Of a DNA stretch of 32,596 nt, positions 18,396 through 26,360 are shown in pieces (the stretch's first letter is position 1; every line of letters begins with the position of its first letter). Source of the DNA: a virus. Lineage: Duplodnaviria > Caudoviricetes. Both the position numbers and the translations under genes were made by a program. The notes under the pieces were generated by a model that searched no databases, was not told where the DNA came from, and saw only the letters and a list, made by a program, of their open reading frames with translations. The stretch spans positions 1-32,596 of the IMG/VR virus record IMGVR_UViG_3300048576_000522, one strand, 5' to 3'.

Positions 18396-18647
18396 ATGAA
18401 GGTTAAAACCATCATACTCGAAGGCGAAACAGGATACATAGCAACAATCAGCAGAGAAGAAAAAAGTATCGTCTGTCACATCGCAGATAAGACTGGAAAT
18501 TGCGTAAACATCCATCTTGTATCGCCTGATGATCGGGACGATCAGTTCAGCCTTGCTGAATGCATACAGTTCCAACTTGATGGCTGCCACGGTACCAACA
18601 GTATGAAACATGATTATTTCAGAATGATAACACTTTTTGCAGATTAA
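18396..18647 (+). CDS. Hypothetical protein
   Basis: 83 aa, AAGGAG RBS. Confidence 0.6.
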   Translation: MKVKTIILEGETGYIATISREEKSIVCHIADKTGNCVNIHLVSPDDRDDQFSLAECIQFQLDGCHGTNSMKHDYFRMITLFAD

Positions 18648-18659
18648 GGAGATTTTAAA

Positions 18660-18830
18660 ATGAACGAAATGACAATGGAACAAATTATTGCAGATGCATT
18701 GATAGAACAAGATGAAATTATCTCGACACGAACCTTTGAATCTGCCGGTGTTCTTACAACAAACAATGGTCTTGTAGTTAGAACAGAAGATGGCAGCGAA
18801 TTTCAAATTACTATTATTCAAAGCAGATAA
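18660..18830 (+). CDS. Small hypothetical protein (56 aa, not in ORF track)
   Basis: MNEMTMEQ...TFESAGVLTTNNGLVVRTEDGSEFQITIIQSR, with TAAGGAG RBS. Confidence 0.6.
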   Translation: MNEMTMEQIIADALIEQDEIISTRTFESAGVLTTNNGLVVRTEDGSEFQITIIQSR

Positions 18831-18860
18831 ATTAATATTTTTTATGAAAGGCAATGTACT

Positions 18861-19349
18861 ATGAAAAAGGATGACATTAAAACTGGCGGTCTCTACACTA
18901 TGAAAGTTGGCAAGAACACCACCGCAGTTCGTATTATGAGCCAAAACGCAGATGGCCACTGGGTTGCTTGTAATATCAAGACCAACAAAGAAGTCGTAAT
19001 TAAATCTGCCAACCAACTTACCGGTGTCTACCGCACCCAAAGCGATAAGGCGGCGCAGGGTGAAACACACACAAACGAATCGAGCAAAACCGCAAAGCGA
19101 ACGAAAGAACCCACCTTGTCGAAAACTGGTATTTTGGCTGCCGCCTTGCTGGTTCTGGAAGAAGAAGCTAAAGCACTCAATTGCCCTCAGATGGTCAAAC
19201 TTATGTTCGAAAAAGGTTACTGGAAGACCGATGCCAAAACTCCGGCAGCAACTCTTCATTCTGCAATATCGACCGAGATTAAGAAAAAAGGCGGCGATGC
19301 CAGATTTCGCAAAATCGAACGCGGCAAATTTGAATTGGTTAAACAGTAA
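18861..19349 (+). CDS. Winged-helix protein (HARE-HTH-like C-terminal domain)
   Basis: LAAALLVLEEEAKALNCPQMV...KTPAATLHSAISTEI...RFRKIERGKFEL, with GAAAGG RBS. Confidence 0.75.
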   Translation: MKKDDIKTGGLYTMKVGKNTTAVRIMSQNADGHWVACNIKTNKEVVIKSANQLTGVYRTQSDKAAQGETHTNESSKTAKRTKEPTLSKTGILAAALLVLEEEAKALNCPQMVKLMFEKGYWKTDAKTPAATLHSAISTEIKKKGGDARFRKIERGKFELVKQ

Positions 19350-19354
19350 TAACA

Positions 19355-20128
19355 TTACAGTTCGTCCCCCCAAAGCTGCGGTGTTTTATCAACGCAGCTT
19401 TTTTTAATTCCGAAAGCGGACTGTCGGAACCGCCCCGACCTCTTGACCATGGGTAGGTCACGGCTCTCTCTTGAGCCCTCGCCCGCATCTATTTTCCAGA
19501 TTAAATCATCCTTTTTGGGATACCGTTTTGTCCAATCAACTGAACTTTCCCGCAGTAATTGCTTTCGTATCTTGTGGCTACACAGGAATCTGCAATATCG
19601 GAACTGCCTGCCCCATATTTTTTTTAGGCCCAATTTTACATATACATCTTTTCCGCGAGAACCGAACCTTGTATTCAATAATCTCGGATGTACAGGTTCG
19701 CCATCGTCCGTCAGATAAATTTCTGTAGTAATAAATCCTCCATACATCCAATTTGCAGCCTGGTAAATATAACCCGGCTTTCCGCGCAGACCATCCGCCC
19801 ATGTAAATAGAACAATTTTCTCAGGCTGATTCTGTTTGAACCACAATTCACATCCAGCCAAAAGCTGGCTTTCGGTATTTCGCGGCAAATCGTCCCGGCA
19901 GCACAAGCGATTTAATTCCCAATAGTCTTTTGTATCCAGTGATGGGAATAGTTTCTGGATAGTATGTCTCGGTCTCGTACCCCATCCCCATATAGCAACA
20001 CCTGCCAGACCATCTCTGTCGTAAAAACCAAGCGGCACGATGCAATGCGGCGGAAAAACATTGCTGTAATGCCACCTGCGACAAAGCTCTTTTGCTTGAT
20101 TTATGGGGATGGGTTGTACGTTAATCAT
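19355..20128 (-). CDS. Mom-like DNA adenine modification protein (GNAT fold)
   Basis: Motifs WHYS, WELNRL, PRNTESQ, WADG..G..GYIYQAANW.YGG and YPK. Confidence 0.8.
   Translation of the reverse strand: MINVQPIPINQAKELCRRWHYSNVFPPHCIVPLGFYDRDGLAGVAIWGWGTRPRHTIQKLFPSLDTKDYWELNRLCCRDDLPRNTESQLLAGCELWFKQNQPEKIVLFTWADGLRGKPGYIYQAANWMYGGFITTEIYLTDDGEPVHPRLLNTRFGSRGKDVYVKLGLKKIWGRQFRYCRFLCSHKIRKQLLRESSVDWTKRYPKKDDLIWKIDAGEGSRESRDLPMVKRSGRFRQSAFGIKKSCVDKTPQLWGDEL
19372..19405 (+). terminator. Intrinsic terminator for the plus-strand cassette
   Basis: AAAGCTGCG-12 nt-CGCAGCTTT followed by TTTT, 23 nt after the wHTH stop. Confidence 0.65.
19415..19486 (-). ncRNA. tRNA-like cloverleaf inside the 3' end of the mom-like gene
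   Basis: GCGGGCG AG GGCTC-AAGAGA-GAGCC G TGACC-TACCCAT-GGTCA AGAG GTCGG-GGCGGTT-CCGAC AGTCCGC T: four stems in tRNA spacing with non-canonical loops. Confidence 0.6.
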
Positions 20129-20131
20129 TAG

Positions 20132-20893
20132 TTAAGCCTTTTCAAGTTGTGCTTTTTTACCAGTGAATTCTTCCCAGCGTTTAATTAACACATCTACATA
20201 TTTAGGGTCAATTTCCATACCATAACAAACGCGGCCATTTTTCTGACTTGCGATAAGCGTGGTGCCGGAACCTAAAAATAAATCCAGAACAACATTTCCA
20301 GCTCTTGAACTATTCATCAGCGCCCTTTCCACTATTTCCACGGGCTTCATAGTGGGATGAAGTCTATTGGCAGCTGGTTTCTTTTCTTCCCAGACGGTAT
20401 TTTGAGTTTTATCACCGTACCAATTGTCTGATTTGCCTTTGATATGCGCATAGAAAATTGGTTCATGACGGAACTTATATCTGCCAAATCCCCATGCAAA
20501 TGTGTTTTTTACCCATACAATCTGAACCCTGGGTTCTATTCCTGCTCGGCGCATACTTGCCTCGGTATCCATTTGCCAGGCAGATGCATGACAAATATAC
20601 AGTGCAGCATTGTCGGATACATTCTCTGCAAATCTGGTGAAAAACGAATCCATGAAACGTATGTATTCCGCTTCAGGCATTGCATCGGACTTAATAGTGA
20701 GTGCGTCCTCGGTATACCCTTCATAGTCGACATTATACGGGCCGTCAGTGAAAACCATATCTGCCTTAACACCTGCCATAAGTCTATCGACATCTTCTTT
20801 TTTGGTACTGTCACCGCATAAAACTATATGAGCGCCTTTTACATCCTGGCGGGTATATTCAAATTCATGTCCGCATTGACACTTAGTCTTCAT
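20132..20893 (-). CDS. DNA methyltransferase (N6/N4, beta class) 2
   Basis: LCGDST, motif IV variant TDGPY, HPTMKP and motif I DLFLGSGTT. Start MKTKCQCGHEF with AAGGAAG RBS. Confidence 0.88.
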   Translation of the reverse strand: MKTKCQCGHEFEYTRQDVKGAHIVLCGDSTKKEDVDRLMAGVKADMVFTDGPYNVDYEGYTEDALTIKSDAMPEAEYIRFMDSFFTRFAENVSDNAALYICHASAWQMDTEASMRRAGIEPRVQIVWVKNTFAWGFGRYKFRHEPIFYAHIKGKSDNWYGDKTQNTVWEEKKPAANRLHPTMKPVEIVERALMNSSRAGNVVLDLFLGSGTTLIASQKNGRVCYGMEIDPKYVDVLIKRWEEFTGKKAQLEKA

Positions 20894-21698
20894 TGGTTGT
20901 CTTCCTTTCGATTTGCATTGCCTTTTTTCCTGTAAATTCCTCCCATCGCTGAATGCAGATGTCCACATAAAGCGGGTCTATTTCAATGGCCATACATCTT
21001 CGGCCTAACTTGTGAGCTGCGATTATTGTCGTACCTGAGCCGCAGAATGGCTCAAGTACACAAGCGCCGGTTCTTGTTCCCATCGAAATAAAATGTTCTG
21101 CAAACGCAACCGGAAACACGGCCGCATGAACATCGGAAAACTCATTTTTGCCCGATGGATTAAGCTCAAATACATTGGATATATCCCTGAAAGTATTTGT
21201 CTTTATCTGGCGTGTGGGATTTAACTGTGTTGCGAAAATAAAGATATACTCAAACCTGGAATTCATAACAGATTCGCACATGGCAGGTTGCCCCCCGCCT
21301 TTATGCCATATCGCAACATCACAAAAATGCTCTCGCAGCGCATACAACATATCGATGACAGCAATTTTATTACCGGATAATTGCTGAATATTTATGAATT
21401 GATATTGGCTATGTTTTTGAACATTTTTAATTACCGCTATCAAAAACGATAAATATTCTTGCTGGGTTTTATTGTCACTATCATTGGCGTACTTTTGCTC
21501 GGTCATATTCTTATTACCGCCCAGAGAATTGTCACCGGCGTTGTATGGTGGGCTGCTGAAAACAATATCTGCAATCTCTCCGCTCATCAGGTACGCAAGG
21601 TCATCGCCGCTTGTGGAGTCACCGCAAAGCAGTCGATGACCACCGGATACATTGGCAGGCGATATTTCAAATTCATGTTGGCATTGCTGGCAAATCAT
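20883..21698 (-). CDS. DNA methyltransferase (N6/N4, beta class) 1
   Basis: HRLLCGDST, motif IV SPPY, HAAVFP and motif I EPFCGSGTT. Start MICQQCQHEF overlaps the ParB stop (ATGA) with AAAGGA RBS. Confidence 0.88.
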   Translation of the reverse strand: MICQQCQHEFEISPANVSGGHRLLCGDSTSGDDLAYLMSGEIADIVFSSPPYNAGDNSLGGNKNMTEQKYANDSDNKTQQEYLSFLIAVIKNVQKHSQYQFINIQQLSGNKIAVIDMLYALREHFCDVAIWHKGGGQPAMCESVMNSRFEYIFIFATQLNPTRQIKTNTFRDISNVFELNPSGKNEFSDVHAAVFPVAFAEHFISMGTRTGACVLEPFCGSGTTIIAAHKLGRRCMAIEIDPLYVDICIQRWEEFTGKKAMQIERKTTNED

Positions 21699-22222
21699 AG
21701 ACTGTGTTCCTTTCCGCATTTTGGACATTTAACTTTTCCGCCGAGAATGTATAAATCACCAGGCTTTGTTACAGCTTCCTTGGGAGGTTCTGGAACCGCA
21801 TCCTCATCGGTAAGACCTTCTTCTGTTGGTTCAGCAAGTAAATCTGAAAGTTCTTCTTCACTGAAACCGAGCAAATCAAGATTAAAATCCAAATTCTGAA
21901 GTTCTTTTAGTTCGACAGGGAGTAGTTCATAATTCCAGTCCGCTATTTCAGCGGTTTTATTGTCGGCGAGTCTGTAAGCCCGAACCTGTGCCTCGGTGAG
22001 GTCTGTGGCGACATGAACTGGAACTTTTTTTAATCCAAGTTTTTGAGCGGCTTTAAGTCGTGTGTGCCCGACAACTACTATCCCTTCTCTATCGACAACT
22101 ATAGGTTGCCTAAAGCCAAATTCTTTCAAACTTTCCACAACTGCATCGACAGCGTTGTCATTTATGCGAGGGTTACCCGCATACGGTGTCACTAAATTAA
22201 TATCCCGTAATTCAACTTTCAT
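21695..22222 (-). CDS. ParB/Srx-like N-terminal domain protein
   Basis: PYAGNPRIN, SLKEFGFRQPIVVD, VGHTRLKAA and AYRLADNK; ends with CPKC. Confidence 0.88.
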   Translation of the reverse strand: MKVELRDINLVTPYAGNPRINDNAVDAVVESLKEFGFRQPIVVDREGIVVVGHTRLKAAQKLGLKKVPVHVATDLTEAQVRAYRLADNKTAEIADWNYELLPVELKELQNLDFNLDLLGFSEEELSDLLAEPTEEGLTDEDAVPEPPKEAVTKPGDLYILGGKVKCPKCGKEHSL

Positions 22223-22267
22223 AAAAACCTTCCTTAAAAAATTTTCCTAATAATTTTCAAAATAAAA

Positions 22268-22429
22268 TCCTTACCATGCCTGCCGCGCCGCACCGTGCCT
22301 TGCCTCGCCCGACCGGGCCTTACTTTGCCGCGACTAACCATACCTGCCTTACCTTGCCCGACCCCGCCAAGCCCTACCTTGCCTTACCGAACCGAGCCAC
22401 ACCGTGCCCCGCCGCACCTGCCAAGCCAC
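22268..22429 (-). repeat. Orphan GGY-NN pentamer array (putative guide ncRNA)
   Basis: The plus strand parses as RCC-NN units with RCCTGCC dividers at 22278, 22342 and 22416, giving segments of 12 and 14 units. It is intergenic. Confidence 0.85.
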
Positions 22430-22539
22430 ATCTAAATATCTCCGCATAACTCACAAAAAACGCGATTTTTGTTTCAAAAATGCGGTTTTTTAGCCACTTT
22501 TGAAAAAAATGTAGTACCCGACCGAATGTCTTTTAAACG

Positions 22540-22587
22540 GGTACTTCTTCCGCCGCGGTCTTGGAACTTTTCCGTCAGGAAGGAACC
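22540..22587 (-). promoter_or_regulatory. Putative cos site (cosQ/cosN-like)
   Basis: GGTTCCT (lambda cosQ is GGGTCCT) followed 23 nt later by CGCGGCGGAAGA, in a non-coding gap flanked by inverted repeats, in a GpA-terminase phage. Confidence 0.4.
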
Positions 22588-22694
22588 ATTCCGCGCCACG
22601 TTGCGTCAGGTTGCGATAAATATTTTTGTGCGTAGAGAGATCGCTTATTTCTATTTGGTCGCAACCTGCGCAAACCTGTGCGTTTTTAAAAAAG

Positions 22695-23330
22695 TTAACT
22701 ACCAAGTGATGTCTTCCTTGCTTCACCAATGTTTTGGTACAATTGTGTTTCAACAGCTTTTACTTCCGGCACGGTTGATTGCGAAACCTGCTTCATAGTC
22801 AGCTCAACGCCTTGTTTGTGTGCATCGTACTTTGCTTGTGCCTCAGCAGCTTTCTGTGCATTTCTTTTTGCAAGAGCTGTTGCTGTTGCAGCAGCGAGTC
22901 CTAGCCCAATTTCAATCAGCGGTGCATAAGGATTAAACGGTGCGCTCGCTGCGTTAGCTGCACGAGCTCCCTGCAAGATAGTTGTTAGACCATCGTCAGG
23001 ATTTGTGTACTGCGCCGTTTTGATAGCGCTAGCAATAACTTGCGTTTTATCCTGAACTGCGTTGATTGTGCTTTGGAGTTTTTCAACTTTTGCAATTGTG
23101 TTGCCATCAATCGCTCCGCTCTGTTTAAGCGTTTCAAGCGTAGCCGTCGTCTGCTGTTGAAACATATCCACCTGGCTACTTAACTGCTGGGTCTGGTCAG
23201 CTAAGGCTTGAAGGTCATCTGGCCTGATGTTTACGTTCTGACATCCGCCAAGCCAAAGCACCAAAGTTGTGGCGATAAGAATTATCACAATCGCTATATC
23301 CCATTTTGTAATTGTTTTTAGATTTTTCAT
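22695..23330 (-). CDS. Predicted lipoprotein with coiled coil
   Basis: AGGAG RBS, then MKNLKTITKWDIAIVIILIATTLVLWLGG-C (lipobox), a Gln-rich coiled coil and an internal hydrophobic stretch. Confidence 0.7.
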   Translation of the reverse strand: MKNLKTITKWDIAIVIILIATTLVLWLGGCQNVNIRPDDLQALADQTQQLSSQVDMFQQQTTATLETLKQSGAIDGNTIAKVEKLQSTINAVQDKTQVIASAIKTAQYTNPDDGLTTILQGARAANAASAPFNPYAPLIEIGLGLAAATATALAKRNAQKAAEAQAKYDAHKQGVELTMKQVSQSTVPEVKAVETQLYQNIGEARKTSLGS

Positions 23331-23575
23331 TTTTCTTACTCCTAAAAAAAGTTGGTTATTATTTTCGGCAACGTTTGCCGATTTTTCTTTTGAATTCATA
23401 AGCGGGCCATTGAGAACATTTGTGCTTCCGCAACGAGCACATGGTTTGACTACATTCAACTCTCTGCCGAAATACATCATTTGACAGTCGAGACAGTAAT
23501 GAGCATAAAAATGTTTTTTTTCGTTTTTAATTATTACTGTATTCATATCTTTTTTTCTTTGTTAATCCGTAACCA

Positions 23576-23848
23576 CTACCGGCAAACACTCGTATGTTTT
23601 AAATTGTTGGGTACTGGCTCAAATTCACCGCACCAGTAATCCCCCACAACTCTTGGCCAATTACCAAAACATTCATACTCACTTTTGTCTTTTCGAATAA
23701 TGGTCTTGCCATGACGTGGCGGATGTCGTCGACATTCGCCCTCACCCGAAACGCCACAGTCTGGTATGACTTCATTGGGATCTGTTGGAAGTCCGGTATC
23801 GCTGCGGGCAAAGAACCGGCAATTAAAGCAGTCGATTTCGGTAGTCAT
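23576..23848 (-). CDS. Cys-rich small phage protein
   Basis: CFNCRFF...GECRRHPP...WPRV...WCGEF, with AAGGA RBS before MTTEID. Confidence 0.65.
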   Translation of the reverse strand: MTTEIDCFNCRFFARSDTGLPTDPNEVIPDCGVSGEGECRRHPPRHGKTIIRKDKSEYECFGNWPRVVGDYWCGEFEPVPNNLKHTSVCR

Positions 23849-23934
23849 TGTTTGTGTCCTTTCAGTAAAAAAATTAGTTATTTTCTCCGGCACTTTGCCG
23901 ATTGTTTTTTATGCTCGCGGAACCCTAAACTTTC

Positions 23935-24196
23935 GGGGGAAATGTGTGTGTTTCAGACACACATCATTCCCCCCTTTAGGGGGGTACTGCGCAATTTCCG
24001 CGTATATTTCCAAAAATATTTTTCATAATTCATTGTTTTCAAAGAGCTTAGCATTTTTCATATCGCGGAAATCAGACGCCGATTCCGACGTGTCTGTTTC
24101 CGCGTCTGCGGCATATACTTAACTTGTGTCCTCATCAGGAGTTAAGGTGGAAATGTCGCGGAAATCATTTCCGGCCATTTCCGCGTCATTTCCGTT
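23935..24196. repeat. Iteron-like ATTTCCG(CG) repeats and hairpins; putative replication origin
   Basis: Copies at 23994, 24064 (inverted), 24096, 24157 (inverted), 24166, 24176 and 24187; palindromes ATGTGTGT..ACACACAT and CCCCCC-TTTA-GGGGGG; an AT-rich tract at about 24003-24060. Confidence 0.5.
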
Positions 24197-26347
24197 TTTT
24201 ACCATGCGTACATAGCGCTCTGAAGAGCCGGTTAAATGAGCAATATTTGCGATGTCCGCGTCAGGATTTCGCGCTAGTAAAGCAGCGACCCATTGACCTT
24301 TTTCGCCGCTGAAACCTTCACGAAATTTCGTGTACTGAAACCTATTACCGGTGTGAATTTTGACTGCAAGATTTTCATCGATGGCCGAGTCCACCATAGA
24401 TTTTGTCTTGCGTTCAGAGAGGTCATAATGCTTGCTAGCCAGCCGCGCAATATCGCTCATCAAGCACGGGTCTTGACTGCCAATGCAGGTGTCAACAAAT
24501 TCATTGAGCATCACTTCTTTTTTAGATTCACGTTTCTTCTCTGCGCCAAGAAGTGCTGTCGGGTCAGCGGTTGTATCCACTTCAAATAACGGATGTTGTT
24601 TCCGCAAAACCAACGATTCAAGCGGAGCCCACGACCGCACAGCCGCATCCATCACAATTTTGTCAGCATCTTCATGTGGACGCAGTATGACGTGAGTATC
24701 GACAGCTCGAGATTGACTTCCGGCACCAGCGCCGACATCAGTAATTGATTTTTGAGACTGATTGCCCTTACTGGTATGGTGAATAAGAACAAATGCACAA
24801 TTCAAACGCATCGCGTGACAATCCAAGCTATTGTATAACCGGGCAATTGCACCATTGTCGTTTTCATCCGTTTTGTCAGGAAGCGTACGGTAAAATGCGT
24901 CGAGAATAATCACCTTATAGGTATTGGGCACAAGCCGCTCAAAGTATTGACTAAGCGCCATTAAATCTTTCAGTTGACCGCGAAGAGATTTAATTTTCAC
25001 TTGCTGGCTGAATAAATTGGGCTTGAGTTTCATTGCTTTGGCCAGTTCCATGTACCGATAGGTTAAAGTATTGACATGCAGTTCATTATCGATAACCAGA
25101 ACAGACCCTTGCTCGACCTTAAATCCAAGCCAGTTCAGACCGGTAGCAATCGCAATCGACAGAGAATTGACCAGCCAGGATTTACCTACTTTGGGAGCAG
25201 CGATGATATTCATCGTCTCACCTTCGCGCAGTAAACCATGAATGATTGGTGGATTTAATCCGGAAAAATCGGTTATTAAATCACTGAGTGAAACCGCATC
25301 ATCCTGCCATTCTTCGGTTGAATCTTTGCCGAATATCCCGGATACATCCACATCACTGCTATCCTGCTGTCTTTGTCCATAGCCTTGAGCGGCCAATGCT
25401 CGAGCCGCTTGATTAAAATCACCATCATGTTCTAAAAGTGTATAAACACTGAATGGTGAATATGCTTTTTCACTTTCAAATGGATAAGCATTGGTGGACC
25501 AGACATAGAAAACGCGATTTTTCAGCGTTGCCGACCAGCCGACTTGTTTACCCGGCCTGCGCCAATATTCATTTTCCCCTGCCTTAACGCAGGTCCAGCC
25601 GTTGGATTGCAGCAGTTGCTTGATATCGCCGCGAGCGTTGTAATCATCGCCCGGACGAAGGGTATTGTTTGGACTTGCCGCTATTGGTTCGGGCACCGGT
25701 TCTGGTGTGGGTTCCGGAATAAATTCATTCAGAGACCATGCCGCTTCAAGCAGAATTTCACGGTCTTCTGCCGTTAAAACCGGCAATGATGTAAAATCAC
25801 CCTGAATTAATTCATAACCCGGCGATGGCGCACAAAGAAATAATCCGCCTTCGCCGCGAGTTTCAATAAGAGTAAGAACAATAAACCAATTACCATCTTT
25901 ATCCTTGCGAGGTTTATAGCTTTTGCCACAGACCTCAGCTTCAACTTCCGAGGGAACTGTAACTTTCTGCTGGGCTAATTTCATATTGCCGGATATTTCA
26001 GATTCGCAGCGGTAAATCACATGAAGTCCCCCGGACTGCGATCTTTCAATCACCAATTTTTCAATCAGGCCGGGTGACTGGCTTTGTACAAGATCGTACC
26101 AATGCTTGTAAGCCTTAGCCTGCAGGTCGAAATCCATCATTTCAAGATTGCCGGAAACTTTACCGGATACGATACATACACCGTTATTTCCATTGCTGAA
26201 CCAGTTTTGCAGTTCAGAATCATACGGAAGACGCTTCTGATATTCTTTCCAGCCGGGCAATGCGGCGAATTTTAACTCAACATTTGCCGGCAATACTGAG
26301 AGATCGGCTTTTAGATATGAAAAAGATATTTCTTTTAGATTGGACAT
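24119..26347 (-). CDS. Primase-helicase (Prim-Pol plus RepA/AAA_25 helicase)
   Basis: Prim-Pol motifs MMDFD, SQSGGLHVIY, ETRGEGG and APS; helicase motifs AAPKVGKS, IILDAFY and IHHTSKG. ATG 26347 is preferred because it avoids overlap. Confidence 0.85.
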   Translation of the reverse strand: MSNLKEISFSYLKADLSVLPANVELKFAALPGWKEYQKRLPYDSELQNWFSNGNNGVCIVSGKVSGNLEMMDFDLQAKAYKHWYDLVQSQSPGLIEKLVIERSQSGGLHVIYRCESEISGNMKLAQQKVTVPSEVEAEVCGKSYKPRKDKDGNWFIVLTLIETRGEGGLFLCAPSPGYELIQGDFTSLPVLTAEDREILLEAAWSLNEFIPEPTPEPVPEPIAASPNNTLRPGDDYNARGDIKQLLQSNGWTCVKAGENEYWRRPGKQVGWSATLKNRVFYVWSTNAYPFESEKAYSPFSVYTLLEHDGDFNQAARALAAQGYGQRQQDSSDVDVSGIFGKDSTEEWQDDAVSLSDLITDFSGLNPPIIHGLLREGETMNIIAAPKVGKSWLVNSLSIAIATGLNWLGFKVEQGSVLVIDNELHVNTLTYRYMELAKAMKLKPNLFSQQVKIKSLRGQLKDLMALSQYFERLVPNTYKVIILDAFYRTLPDKTDENDNGAIARLYNSLDCHAMRLNCAFVLIHHTSKGNQSQKSITDVGAGAGSQSRAVDTHVILRPHEDADKIVMDAAVRSWAPLESLVLRKQHPLFEVDTTADPTALLGAEKKRESKKEVMLNEFVDTCIGSQDPCLMSDIARLASKHYDLSERKTKSMVDSAIDENLAVKIHTGNRFQYTKFREGFSGEKGQWVAALLARNPDADIANIAHLTGSSERYVRMVKNGNDAEMAGNDFRDISTLTPDEDTS

Positions 26348-26360
26348 AGTTTTTCTTAAA

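Noticed and set aside
17739-19373. 544-aa minus-strand ORF
   Set aside because: Phe/Cys-rich antisense shadow of an A-rich plus-strand cassette whose genes have clear RBSs.
20883-22222. ParB-methyltransferase pseudogene or sequencing frameshift
   Set aside because: Each part has its own RBS, an overlapping start-stop and added Cys motifs at the break, and the pattern occurs twice.
22469-22798. ORFs of 109 aa (+) and 87 aa (-) over the putative cos gap
   Set aside because: No RBS or recognisable motif. The region is better explained as non-coding with inverted repeats.
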